A DNA stretch of 64,000 bases, from the NCBI GenBank assembly GCA_965202585.1, contig OZ241829.1, positions 61,628,001 to 61,692,000 on the forward strand, written 5' to 3'. Source of the DNA: Thalia democratica. Lineage: Eukaryota. The position numbers were made by a program, and so were the translations under genes. The notes below the pieces were generated by a model that saw only the letters and a program-made list of their open reading frames with translations, was not told the DNA's origin and ran no database searches. Shown one piece after another: positions 50,901 through 62,645 of the stretch. Position 1 is the stretch's first letter. Each line of letters starts with the position of its first letter.

Positions 50901-52012
50901 AGGCATTTAATGCGGCCCATCAGGTCCTACATCTAGGAGTGGAAAAATCAATTGATGCGGTAGCCAAAGACTTCTGGTGGCCAACCCTGAGGGCAGATGT
51001 GACCCGTTGGGTCAAAACCTGTCTTCAGTGTCAGGCGGTTAAAGTAATACGCCATAACAGGCCAAAGATCGGGTTCTTTCCCGAAACTACAACTAGGCTC
51101 AGTTTTGTTCATATAGATCTCATAGGACCCATGAACGTAGTCTCAAATAATTGTCGTTATGTTCTTACAATAAAGGACCGTGGAACGGGATTCCTTGTGG
51201 CGACTCCTATTCCTGATAAGAGAGCCATCACAGTGAGGAACGCATTTATGCAGAGTTGGTGTAGCTACTTCGGGACACCTCAGGTGGTTGTGAGTGATAA
51301 TGGAAAAGAATTTGCAAACCAGTTGTTGTCTGATGCCTTCATCCAACTGGGAGTGGACCACCGGTTTGTACCACCGTACAGCCCTCAAAGCAACGGCTTC
51401 ATCGAACGCCAGCACAGAACAATCAACCAAGCTTTGCGAGCAGAAAAAACAAAGACCAATTGGGCACTAAGGTTGCCTATGATTACGGCCACTATCAACA
51501 ACACCTCCATTGAAGGCTCACCATACACTCCCTCTCAATACGCTCTAGGAATGTGTGCGAACCTATCTGGCCAGATTTTTGTTGACAAAAAGGTTGAAGA
51601 TGGGAAGTTTGAGTACAATCATTCGGATACAAGGTTATTCCTCAACATTATGTCTGGTATCACTCGTAAACACCAACGACACAAAGAGAGAAAGGAATAC
51701 TACGAACCCTCCCTATTCCAATGTGAGAAAGTTTGGGTGAAGCGTGCCAACAAAAAGAAATTGTCTACAGTATACCATGGGCCATACAGGGTGCTTCATG
51801 CCTCTGAACACTCAATGTTCATTCAAAAAAACGGTGGGGTAGTAAAAGTGTCAATTAGAAATGTTAAGGCATATTACCCAAGAGAGGAATTGGAAGAGAG
51901 TAAATGTGATGAAATTCCCGAAAACAGATATAATTTAAGGGAAAGGAAAAAAGTGATTAACTGGGATAAAGTAATTAACTGCCAGGAAGAAAGCAGTAGC
52001 GACGAAAATTAG
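47870..52012 (+). CDS. pol: Pol polyprotein (protease, RT, RNase H, integrase with GPY/F), expressed by -1 frameshift
   Basis: FLVDSGSEISILP (PR), RVCIDYTTLN and YVYLDDILIYS (RT), FSDASD / SDNMAL / NVVADALSR (RH), HQVLHLG..CLQC, HIDLIG, SDNGKEF, NGFIERQHRT, HGPYRV (IN). No stop to 52012. Confidence 0.96.
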   Translation, partial: KKRDPKLSAVRGRVIGATLSHTRAVQLVNKTAPRQQPPSQPRPTRNASNCTISHPGNEVSTPSNKPKMTFHIKQTASRSAAETPDENQSSEQPQPASTGPASTVSAAEASTSTTSANDPSYLSQHHIGQSQRSAQTQPASPGPASTVSAAEASTSTTSANDPSYLSQHHNGQSQRSAQTQPASPGPTSTVSAAEASTSTTSANDPSYLSQHHNGQSQRSAQTQPASPGPSSTVSATEASTSTTSANDPSYLSQHHNGQSQRSAQPQPESQQKSLDTTNHNKDKSLKKWTFQLNKFPAPKPKNLPQGLLFVADSNTNVIFLVDSGSEISILPKELTNGIDKYFPKQIRTIQGFGNKTTHPIGSADVELQLGNLKPINHSFWVTQESRHFGIIGMDLLRKNELAILPSTSQLCKMGSNESARLFAPAELPTPIVASVNHINLGGKNTTPLEEKCKRLLMDFPEITRKPTYHAKPKHNYELEIILDNYKPAMVKARRPGGRRAAIQDHFNDLLYRGVVTRGEATEGASPVTCVQKKDGSMRVCIDYTTLNKATRPLSYPLPRIDELAQIIPGGTRYFTNLDLKEAYYSLPLAANSQKCAAIIVHSGVFIPNRCVFGLKNAPMKFQQVMEALLRECEDFTYVYLDDILIYSYTEEEHIYHVRKVFETLSKYGLFLNVKKTTFAKSKLEFLGHVIGVEGINVQASKVAAIKEYPVPITRKDLKRFLGMANYYHSFIDGLAEILAPLSAISGGPKKTNRTILKLDDSHIKAFEDTKTALANAATLSFEDQGKPLILFSDASDTHTGASLEQLNDKNVMVPLAFFSRSIPENKRARCTYYKELTGLAMAIKHFHSRIYGRQLIIRSDNMALCNALKKELTDQSPYVQRHLQRIQEYSPTVIHVKGTDNVVADALSRPPQAATMYMGRYETDPDYEEMWYPDSEDEVSEEESMEIEEEIITPERIDRNSLALLQQSEPDLIETAQTLKKVVEFSKPENIAEIVEVGNKRAILPESLRLQAFNAAHQVLHLGVEKSIDAVAKDFWWPTLRADVTRWVKTCLQCQAVKVIRHNRPKIGFFPETTTRLSFVHIDLIGPMNVVSNNCRYVLTIKDRGTGFLVATPIPDKRAITVRNAFMQSWCSYFGTPQVVVSDNGKEFANQLLSDAFIQLGVDHRFVPPYSPQSNGFIERQHRTINQALRAEKTKTNWALRLPMITATINNTSIEGSPYTPSQYALGMCANLSGQIFVDKKVEDGKFEYNHSDTRLFLNIMSGITRKHQRHKERKEYYEPSLFQCEKVWVKRANKKKLSTVYHGPYRVLHASEHSMFIQKNGGVVKVSIRNVKAYYPREELEESKCDEIPENRYNLRERKKVINWDKVINCQEESSSDEN
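48149..48664 (+). repeat. Four tandem 129-bp (43-aa) repeats in the pre-protease part of pol
   Basis: Units begin 48149, 48278, 48407, 48536; QPASPGPASTVSAAEASTSTTSANDPSYLSQHHNGQSQRSAQT. Confidence 0.95.
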
Positions 52013-52621
52013 GAAATTACAAAACTGGTTGACAACTGCTACAATGGGGAACCGTTGGTTCTGATTGGTAAACCCCAAGATTTCTTTCTTTTTTTTTTTG
52101 TACAAGCATAGAAAGATATTTGGTACTTTTTAGATGGATACTACTTAAGGGCTTATTCAAATAAGCAACATTTGATTTTCACTGATTATTTTGTACAACA
52201 CCTAGAAGCTGCTTGCATTTTTTATATTATTGTTAAATGACTTAACTTTAAGAATTTTTTTAATTTTAAAATTTATGGGGTTTTTGATTTTATATTTATT
52301 TGTACAACCATTAAAAATTGGTATCTTATAGACATGTATTTTTTTTTGTAATTATCTTAGCTAAAATAGGTACTGTGTGATGTTTTATATAAAAATCTAA
52401 AATGTTCTATATTGCATTGTTTTTTGGTTGTCTCCTGTTTAGCACTGGGAAAGCTTGCCAAGCAAATTGTAAAAATCATGGCTCAGTAACTTTCACTCAT
52501 CTAGTTTGGTGGGGTAAGTCGAACTGCCACACCCCAGAGACCTCAGAATGAACCATTCTAATAAGAACAAGCTGCCACTACGTACAGCAGAATGGTAGTG
52601 ACGATGTCGATTCGTCTGGAA

Positions 52622-52900
52622 ATGCATACATGGCAGCACATCTTCGAATCCCATGGGGGCAATGCCAACCCGTCTGCTGATGATGTCAAGCAGACCCTCA
52701 AATCCGTTGGCGTTGATGACGATGGTGAACAACGCCAGGTCGCCAGCGATTAATTCGCGGAGAAGGACGTCAGTGGAGCCAAACTTCCCGCCAGAGTTCC
52801 GGGAGAACCACTACAAGAAGAGCGGCCGCAGCTGGAGCAACTAGAGAAGAGGAGGAGAAGGCGAGTAAGAAGAGGCCGAGCCTCAACCTCCAGTGTAAGA
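52622..52900 (+). pseudogene. RPLP2: Decayed, intronless copy of 60S acidic ribosomal protein P2 inside the retrotransposon
   Basis: ATG-ca-YMAAHL, then GGNANPSADDVKQTLKSVGVDDDGEQRQVASD*FAEKDV, then GAKLPARVPG, then shifted-frame AAAAGATREEEEK; matches the P2 consensus MxYxAAYLL..GGNxxPSAxDIKxILxSVG...VISELxGKDI...GxxKLASVP...AAAA...EEKKEE. In-frame TAA 52751-52753 and several indels. Confidence 0.82.
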
Positions 52901-53440
52901 GTAAGGAACCATCATCATGAACGGTAAACATTGACTTTTAAACAAACTTTTGACTCATGATTGTAATTAGGAATTTGTAAATTTATATTCAAAAAAAGTC
53001 TTTTCTTTACAATTTCTTTAGAATTTCTGTTTTATTTTGTTAAAAAAAGCATTTTTACCACACTTAAAAAGTGTCTTAAGCATTTACTACATTTAAATAC
53101 TTATAGTTTTAATTTTACTTTAAAAATAGCTAGTAGAGTGTTTAAATCCAGATTTTGAATTAGCTCAAAAATGTTGTTATATGCAAGTACCTTTTAGCAC
53201 ATAAAGTTGATGATCATAAGTATCTCTTAAAATATTTTTTATGATTATTACATGTAAATTACAAAAAGAAAGTTATAAACTTATGTTGCATGCTTATATA
53301 TCTCTAAGTTGAGTGCTTTAGTGTATAATGGTTTTCACCTGGACTATATTTAAAGTTTTTTTCAGTTTAACAAACGTTTAACACCTTAAAACTAATATTT
53401 ATCTAAAAAAACCTAAGTTAAAATTCTAAAAATGTTTAAT

Positions 53441-53452
53441 AAGAGGGGAAAA
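53441..53452 (+). promoter_or_regulatory. Polypurine tract
   Basis: AAGAGGGGAAAA immediately before the 3' LTR TGTAAC. Confidence 0.85.
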
Positions 53453-54382
53453 TGTAACGCCTCTGGCTTTAAATTAAATTCAGCAAAAGAGTTTTCTCTA
53501 ATTAGGGGTTTTTTGTATTAATTTGTTAACTTTCTAAATTGCCGCCTTAGTTTTGAATTAGGAGATTTGTGAAAGCTCAAGCTGAACTTCCTATGTGCTA
53601 AATTGTGAGTATTGGTATCAGTCTCTTATTTTTTATTTCTGTCTCTTAAATTGAAATTTCTAATAAAGTTAAATTGAAGTTAATTTTACTGTGGTTTGCA
53701 TAAATTTGAATAACTAAACTCTGCTGTTGATAAAATTAAATTGAAGTTAATTGTACTTTTGGTTTGCATAAATTTAAATAAATAAACTCTGGTGTTAATA
53801 GTTAATTATGTTGAAATTATCTGTAATTTGGTTACGTTAAATTGAATAAATAAGCTTTGTTGTGGATAATTAATTAAGAAGCAAGCTGCTTTTGGTGCTC
53901 TTAATCAGACATGTTAAAAAGCTCTGCTTTGTTTACTCAAGCGTGAAATTACTAACTTAAAACAAACCAAAAATAAAACACTTCATTGCTGAATTACCAT
54001 AGTAACTTTTAGCATTTTAACATCTCTGCTCTTAATAGTCTCTGAAATTTACAAATCAAATTTAATTAATTTAAATGTTTAAATTTATCTAAATATCTAA
54101 ATATCTAAATATCTAAAATATCTAAATTTAATAAAATAACTAGTGGGCCACACCTAACTCTTGATATAGCATAATGAGTAATAGATCCAAGCCCCCCAAA
54201 AAGGATAGTATGTTCTCTAAAGAGAACATACATCATACTTTAGACAAGGTCAACAACCCCGAAACTCGCTGTAGCCAACGTAACATAGACAGAGGAATCA
54301 ACAAAAGGGGTGTTGACCCACACTCTTCGCGCCGTAGCCAACCTGGTCCATCAGACCAACCACAAGCAACGCGTGAAAGATA
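53453..54382 (+). repeat. 3' LTR (930 bp including a MITE insertion)
   Basis: Differences from the 5' LTR seen by eye: one extra T, two substitutions, a 131-bp MITE+TSD insertion, and a 9-nt mismatch patch near the end. Confidence 0.88.
53906..54028. mobile_element. 123-bp hAT-like MITE inserted in the 3' LTR
   Basis: TIRs CAGACATGTTAAAAAGCT / AGCATTTTAACATCTCTG (16/18); perfect 8-bp TSD CTCTTAAT (53898-53905, 54029-54036); empty site in the 5' LTR. Confidence 0.9.
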
Positions 54383-57300
54383 AATTTAATTTAATTTATT
54401 TTTTAGTACATACTAACTGGCTCAAATTAAACTTTGAATAAGCATTAACGTAGACCGTTTAAAAGCTTGTCGAACGTTTTCTAATGTACTATACATAATT
54501 TGGTATATTTAAGTTTTAAAAAACCATTTTAAAGATATACACATTACAAATCTACAGTTTTATAGACGCTTTTTCGACTTTTCATCAGTCATTATCAATA
54601 ATAAAACTGTGTAAAATAACTAAAAATTAGTGTTAAACAACTAAGTAAATAAGAAAAACAAGTAGTAAGATACATATTAACACTTATATATTAAAATTGT
54701 CAGCTCCAGTAAAATTACCGGTTACATAAACATTGATACATGGTAAAAAAAATATATACAACTAATCTAAAATTCTTAATGTGAGGGTAATACCCGGTTT
54801 AGTTAATTGTCTGTTTAAAATTGGATTATAACGTTTATTTAAAATGGCTTCAGTGATCAGAGTTTCAAGTTTATTTCTACATTCTTTTAAAATACCAAAA
54901 TATTTAACAGTTTTTTAAAAATTGGTATTTTAAAACAGTTATTTGAATCTTATTACTTAATTTTTCTTTTATATTTAGTTGTTTAACACTAATTCTTACT
55001 TATTTTACACAGTTTTATTATTGATTATGACTGATGAAAAGTCAGTCGAAACGGCGTCTAATAAACTATAAATTTGTAATGTGCATCTCTTTAAAATGGT
55101 TTTAATGAACTATGTTTGAATGTTTATACCTCTGTTTTAGCGGCGTCTTTGCAAAAATTTAACAGTTAATCAATAGTAGAGCATTAGTAATAACTAACTA
55201 CTAAACTAAGATTATAATTGTAAGGTTTTGTCACAAAAACGTTTTTATTACCGTTTTTTTTAAGTTATGTTTCAAGTTTTCTAATTGCATATATAATGCA
55301 GCGGGTGAGGTATGCAACAAAGACTAAAAAGAACAGCATGAAAAAAAAATTTAGTAACGAGCCTAAGAGTCTGAATAGTGTCTTAATAATAAAAATTTTA
55401 TAGCTTTTTTAACTTTTTGATTTTTTTAATTTTTTAGGCACAGTATTACATGAATGCCATCCTAACTAATATGTAGCATATATGTTTAGATGTTATTAAC
55501 TGAATAAGCTTAATTTTTTTTAGGATTACGAAGACGTAGAGATAAAAGGCTTTAATGTATATCAATAACCTAGTTGAGTTAAAATCCTGAGAGTTGTTAA
55601 ATTTATATAGAATACTTTTAGATTGTTTTATATTATATTCTAACAAACCTTTTTCAGCAAGATATTTTATGAAAAATATATTTAACGACTAAAATGTAAA
55701 AAATCATTCTCTATATGTTTTTTATTCTGCATTTAGTAAATAAAGCTTTGCTTAGGTATCTTAAAATATCAAAAACTATTTATAATTAAAATATTCAATA
55801 CACCTTTTAATTTTGTTAACTAAAACAGACCCTTTTTTTAGTTGTGAATTGTACTTGTAAAATGAAAGAAAAAGAAAATCTAGTAGGGATAAACCAATCG
55901 GTAAAACAACTTACATTCAACAGAACTTTGATAGCAAAAACATTTTCAAAGACCTTCTTGTTTTAGCGTTGAAATAAAAAACAAAATAATAAAAACCTAT
56001 ACGTTTTAGAACTGAACTAAAGGAAGATACATTTATAACGGCTTTGTTTTAAAAACAAACTCATAAGAGCTGTGGCAAAGTTTCTATCCATTGGTATGAT
56101 TACAATTTCAGATAAAAGTAAACACTTTAAAAGTTTTTTTTAATATCAAGCTGATCAATATTTCATTGAACTAACTTGTTTGAAATGATGTATAAGTAAA
56201 AAACATTTATTTATTTTTTGTTTAAATTTTCCTTTCTTATAATTAGACATTTTATATTTTTTATACTGACAACTTTTATAAAAAACTTTAGACATGTTTT
56301 ACTTTAACAAGTTTTGATATTTGTTTTTCTAATTAGTTTTTTTTTAGTATATTAATGAACATAAAATTTGTTACTTCTACTAATACCATGAAAATAAAAA
56401 AATTTAAATGCAAACATACCAAAAGTAAATAGCACGAACGCATTAAGTGTTAATAACTCTGAACAAAGCTTTTTTTCTGTTTTTAATTTTGTTTTTAACA
56501 ATGCTTACCTGAAGATGACTTGAACGGTATAGATAAGTTTTTTAAAGTTAATAATTTATGGATGAGTTTGTAAAAATATGATAACTTTTTATTTGTAACT
56601 TTTAAATGTATAAAGTGCTTTATTAAAATAATTAAAAATTATCTATTTTTGTTTTGCCTTGTTTATTTATCAATGGTAAAAACGTACCTTTTGTTTTTGT
56701 AAGTTAATATTTGTTACTTTGTAGAGTTAAACTATCGTAAACCGAACTTTATATTCATTTAAAATGGTTGATTTAATCTAAATTAATTTTTTTTTATTAG
56801 TTATTAAAAAAGTTTATCAGCTGAAAATAATATGCAGGCTACCAATTTTTCGCTTTGCGGGCTGTAATTTGCTTAACTCTGCTCTATATAAAACTATAAT
56901 GAACTTGAAAAAAAACTTATATGCTCTAATGCTCGTAATAAACTAACATGTCTACGAATAATTAAGAAAATTATGTATGTTGTTCATTAGAAAAAAACAC
57001 TAACTAAAAGTATTTATTTAAAAAAAAAGTTGTTTTTTTTCTAAACTATAATGATTTACTTTGATTTCGTTCATAAAACAAGTATAGTTACTATACTATG
57101 GATTTAAATATTGAAGATTGTCCTGTGTAGTTTGAGTAATAATAACTTTTAAAAATTGCATTTTTTATATAGTATTTTTTTTGAAAATCTAAATAAACAA
57201 AAATGCTTTAAGTAAAGTTACTAAAAATTTAAAGTTCTGTTACTTTAATAATAAGATTAGTATGAATGATTTTATATCTTAAGTAGAGTCAAAGCCTTTA

Positions 57301-59531
57301 AGAAACAGAGCTCATATTTTTATTGAAAAACTTAACTTTTTTAACGAATGAGGTCTGTTTCTCAAAATAAGCTAACTGAATTCCTGACTAAAAAAAAAAA
57401 ATTGTTCTTCAAAATGCATCCGAATGTAAAAAAGAACACTTTTAAGCTATAATAAAATATAGTGTTTTTTATACTTACATTAGTGAAATTTCATATAACT
57501 TTCTTATAAAAGTATACTAAATATTTCTACAAAGTAGGAAAGTAATTAAATTAAAATAAGATAGTTATACTCTTAAATAAAAGATTGTTAAAAGTCGTAT
57601 TGTTTTTTTTTTGTTTACCTTTGGTTTTTAATAGTTAAAGTTTGTCTTAGTTTGAATTTTTTAAATACAGTTATTTTCTAGTTTAAAATTAAGGTACAAT
57701 AATTTTAACAATGATATAAATAACTTAAAAAATAAAGTTATAAAAAGATTACAATCTTAAAAACAAACAAGCAAATTACAAAAACTTAAAGTAAAGTTTT
57801 TTTTAACATCAATGAACAAACTCAAACAGTTTTATACGTTAGTCGGTTGGTTATTTTTTTTTGTAAAGTTACAATGTTTGAAAAAACTAAATTTACAATT
57901 TTAACTAAAAAGAAAGAATTTAATATACTGTAGGCGAGAAATGTTTTTTTCAAAATTACTTAACCTAAAATTTTTAACTATTTAAAATTTTTTTAACTTT
58001 TATGTAACCAAGTTCTTTTTAATAAAACAGCTTCAATGTCTAAAGGTTTGCTTTATAAGAAAATTAAGTTACATAGTTTTTATAGTTTAATTTACTTAAA
58101 AGCTATACTAAAAATATATGTACGGTAAATCTAAGCGTTCTAATTGAATATTGTTTAAGCTACAGAAAATTCGAAATATTTAAAAAGTACACAGTTTTAA
58201 AAGCAAACTTTGAACTTTCGTAACCGTTTTGTTTCTCATAAATATCTAAAACTATAAAATAATACTTAAAACATATTTTGTACGAATAAAGTCAATTACT
58301 ATTTAATATTTAAAAATTATATAATTAAGTTATATATTAAGTATAAAACTAGTGTTTATTTTCTACTACATAGAAAATACGTAAAAGAATTTTGTTTAAA
58401 AACTAAATAAGGCTTAATAATAGTAACAACTATCGTTTTTTTAACGTTTAATTTTTTTTTTAATATATTTAGACTGATCTAAACTTTCAAGTTTTCGAAG
58501 TACATTTAATAAACTTTATTCGAGCATTAATCAAAATTAAAAATTTTATTTTTATGTACTAAGTACTCTATACAACAAGTTAGTAGCTGTTTAAAAGTAA
58601 CTGGCCAACTTACCAGGAAATAGTTGCTCTAGGGGAGCACTCTATAGAAAAAGATTTGCTGGCTGCAGGTTTAAAAAATGGTTGCAGTTTTTATTAAAAA
58701 TAGGCCATATAAAACCTTAAATATGGTAAAATAAGGAATAATAAAGCATTGCTTTTGCGTAAATATTGAATCAGTAATCTAACAGTAAAGTTTAAATACT
58801 AAAAATTTATTTAGTTGTAATGAAAAATATTTTTTCAAGTTAAAAACACATAGCAAGCTGACGATTTATTTCTTTGCTGGCTGTATTTTGTTAACTTTTG
58901 CATTACAAAAGCTAAAATTCAAAAAAAAAAAATTTGATATAATTCAGTGGTTCCCAACCTTTTTGATGCCCCGCACCCCTAAAATCTCTTAATTTGATCT
59001 CGCACCCCTGACACTATATGCTCAATTATTTATTAATAATTGTATTATGAAATGATTGATTTCATTAATTAATAATTTGTATTTTAATTTTTATGATAGT
59101 GTACTATATTGACAAAAATAAAATACTTGGAAAATTAAAAACATAACAAACTATAATTGAACAAGTTTTATCTATTTTTTATAACGTAGAAAACATCAGA
59201 ACTAACTTTTCCCTTCGCAACGATAAACGTTTTATGAAGGTCAAGCAAGTGAGTTTGGGCTCATCACTTGTAATTCTACCTGCTCATTTTTAAACAAACT
59301 AAAAAAAAATAATTACCTTTTAATTAAACGAAAAAAACTAATCTATCTTTATAAAAAGCATTTTTTTTTCAATTAAAATTAACAAAAAACTAAACTAATC
59401 TTATACATTTAATAAAAAATCCTAAATGACACATCATTATCCTCACAAGGTATTTAGCAAATTAATAAAATATTATTCATGCAATATTATTTTGAAAAGA
59501 TTAAGAACTTAATTTTAAATCTACTCTAAAG

Positions 59532-60167
59532 TTAATAACTTTTTTGTTCCTGTCTATTGTACAAAACTTTCTGAAAACTTGGCATTTTGTTGCTGATGGC
59601 AATTCGCCATGTCTGCCTGTGCATTCAAGCGGCTTCTTGATTTAGTTTTTATAGACAAAAGAGTACTAAATCCAGACTCACACAAGTAAGTCGTCGCGAA
59701 TGGAATGAGAGTACTTAGTGCTTTTTCACCAAGTTTTGGAAACATATTCATTGAACAACACCAATATTGCTCAAGAGTTTTGCTTTCAAACTGCATTTTG
59801 ATAAAACGGTTCATGCATAATTCAATAAGTTCATCTTTTAACGATTCATCATCCGACATGTGATTCAAATTAAAAGAATATGGATTTATTATCCATTCTT
59901 CAGAAAATTTCCAGTTCTCCTATTTTGAAATATCCGTCAAAAGACTTGGATAGTATTTCCAAATGGTTCATAATTTCTTCACGCACACTTGGAACGAAAC
60001 ACTCATCTTCATCAGTCACTTCTTCGAGTAATGGAAAGTTTGATAAATTGCCTCTTTCAACTCGTCGACACCAGAGATTTAACTTTTTTTTTAAAGCATT
60101 TATTATTTCACGACATTTTAAGATATTTACATTTCTCCCTTGCATGGAAACACTCATGTCATTTAAG
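59532..60167 (-). pseudogene. hAT transposase, C-terminal part (two frameshifts)
   Basis: LNDMSVSMQG, EEWIINPY (after a frameshift near 59905), LIPFATTYLCESGFSTLLSIKTKSRSRL, then a frameshift to RIAISNKMP...QKSY*. Confidence 0.88.
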
Positions 60168-60180
60168 GGGAGCGGGTCAG

Positions 60181-60552
60181 AATGACACAGCGACAAAATG
60201 ACACGGTCGTCAAATAGACACGGTGCGTCACTTTGGCACAGCGACAAAATGACACGGTGGGTCACTCTGGCACGGTGCGTCACTTTGGCACAGCGACAAA
60301 ATGACACGGTGCGTCACTTTGGCACAGAGGGTCACTTTGACACAGCGACAAAATTACACGGTGCGTCACTTTGGCACAGAGGGTCACTTTGGCACAGCGA
60401 CAAAACGACACGGTGCGTCACTTTGGCACGGAGGGTCACTTTGGCACAGCGACAAAACGACACGGTTCCTCACTTTGGCACAGCGACAAAACGACACGGT
60501 GCGTCACTTTGGCACGGAGGGTCACTTTAGCACAGCGACAAAATGACACGGT
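60181..60552 (+). repeat. Left arm tandem array of 16/18-bp modules
   Basis: Modules CTTTGGCACAGCGACA, AAATGACACGGTGCGTCA, CTTTGGCACAGAGGGTCA. Confidence 0.9.
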
Positions 60553-62645
60553 GGTTAATAAGGGAGGGAACGATCTGTTGTGAAACTTCAATCTTCACTG
60601 GTATGGACAACGATCTTGTTTTTCTAGGAAACTTTTCGGTTTCCTGTCTTCTAACCGGTTTTGTAAGGTGTGCTTAAAAGCTGTGCTTAATAAACGACAA
60701 ATAATTATTTGTATCAAACAAAGTTCACAAAGATGCAAAAGCAGCAATTTTTTCAACAAAATACGACTGCAAAAGTTAAAGGGAATTTATTTTTGATTTC
60801 TTTCGAATGGAAAAACTTAAACACAGTTTCGTACTAGAACTTAATACGAGTAATAAAAATTAGAAAATGACTTGCCATTTTACGACTAAAAAGATAAAAA
60901 CTCATATAAACCTATTTTTTAAACTTCAGCAACATTCTGATTTAAAAAATACAATCTACATTTTAGATCAATCATTCAGCATATCAAAACAATAAACTAG
61001 TAGGTGTTAACACAGAGAATAATTTGTTTTATAAAGTAAAACTCAGACGTTATCGAAAACAACTTTTCTGCTGTTGTAATTTTCTAAATTCTAATGCGGT
61101 TCTTATTTTTCGATTTTATGCTTAAAAAAAGTGATACTTGCGCTCTTTTGACGACTTAATAGCTGACAATTTTGAACTAAAATACTGCGTTTCCTGACGA
61201 TTTACGTTAGTAGCAACATCTTCAAAAAATCATTGTGCACTTGACTTAAAAGATCGAAATTTTACGCCTCTATGCGACTTTTGTTAGTTGCAACATATAT
61301 CGTGCACTTAGAAATAGAAGTATAATGCTCTTTCGCAAATAAAATTGTGCACCTAACATTAAAACTGCATAGATAAAAGTATAAGTACAAATAACCGCAA
61401 ATAAATTAGTTTTTTTAGCAAAAAATTTCCCTACATCAAGCATCTCTTTAAATAAAACTCAATAAACCACTATTACACACTTGTAATAGACTATTGTAGA
61501 CTTGCTTCAACAAATTTCAATTTTTCTTACTATTATAATACTAAAACTAATAGTATAAATGCTATTTAATTCCTTAAATGCAAAAAAATGCTATAATATA
61601 TGTCATACTCTAAGTTTAATTTTTTATATTTTAGGCTACAAAGTTTGGTAAAAATTAAAAAGACTTGAAGTATTAACTTTATTAGAATTAAATAAATTGA
61701 CGATAAACTTAACATTTAATACACTATTTTTAAGAACAACTAATTTTGATTTATTAGGACTCAAGTTGTATAACCTCTAGTGCTTAATTTTCTTAAAAGT
61801 GATAAATTTATAAATGCGCATCAATGGTTGCATCAGACTCTTAATTTTCTCTCAACTATTCATAATACTATTTTTAACTTTTTCAAAAATTTAGGCTCCA
61901 GGACCGTTTATTTTAATTATTTGCTTTTAGACAAGTTTATTATACATTTTCAATACAGAGTTTTAAGTAAACATCCTAAGTTATTAACTTTTGTTGAATA
62001 TTTTTTTTGTATGTTTTTGGAAATTTAGGACTTAACTTTAAAAAAATTTATTTTTAACTGCACGTAATAGATTGTTAAAGCATGTGATTTACGACTCGAT
62101 AACTGAAATGTTCTTTGGTATAACTTTTCGAGCGATAACCTTTTGTCGTTTAAAAAACAGTAATAATAAAACTTTAATGTTTAAACAAACTACAAGGTTA
62201 AAATATTAAACATATTTAATATAACTGGCTAGATACTACAAAAGCAGCTAAACTCTGTATTTTCAAAAACTAGAGTTAAAACACGCATGACTTATTCTTA
62301 CAACGAAATAACACTGTATAAAATTAAATCTTAGTTATTTCTTATAACAATTCCTGATAACAATTAATTAAACGTTTAACAAAAAATACTAAATTTTATT
62401 CATTACATAAATATGAAAAGTTGTGAAACGTAAAAAATAAAACTTAAGAATATTTTTGTTTTTATACTTGGACTTAGATTTTAAAGCATTGTATCATATA
62501 TAGTTTCAAATGTATCAAGCTACCATAGTTTGGAAAAAATATAATAAATCTTTTGTTTAACTAATTACTATCAAAGTTTTACAATTAAAAGTTATATTAC
62601 TGAAAAAGTTTAGTTTTGCTTATAAGTTTGTTTATCCATGATATA

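Larger units (their letters stand above)
45572..54382 (+). mobile_element. Full-length Ty3/Gypsy LTR retrotransposon, CsRN1-like clade, 8811 bp
   Basis: Two near-identical LTRs, PBS, PPT, intact gag and pol (PR-RT-RH-IN order), 4-bp flanking duplication AATT (45568-45571 / 54383-54386). CHCC Gag knuckle and tRNA-Trp PBS suggest the CsRN1/Kabuki group. Confidence 0.95.

Noticed and set aside
52670-52710. Hammerhead ribozyme core (CTGATGA)
   Set aside because: No GAAA after a stem II; the motif is explained by A-D-D codons of the P2 remnant.
52653-52844. Called ORFs 52653-52844 (+) and 52493-52732 (-) as env-like or accessory genes
   Set aside because: No signal peptide or TM pattern; they are alternative frames of the RPLP2-derived segment.
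53453-54382. Tandem element sharing an LTR, followed by a truncated second gag
   Set aside because: The tRNA-Trp PBS begins exactly where homology ends and AATT flanks both ends, so the gag 5' segment is part of the LTR.
60181-60552. CRISPR-like appearance of the repeat arrays (also 62646-63060)
   Set aside because: No unique spacers; modules abut directly, form inverted arms with a TSD, and the context is eukaryotic.
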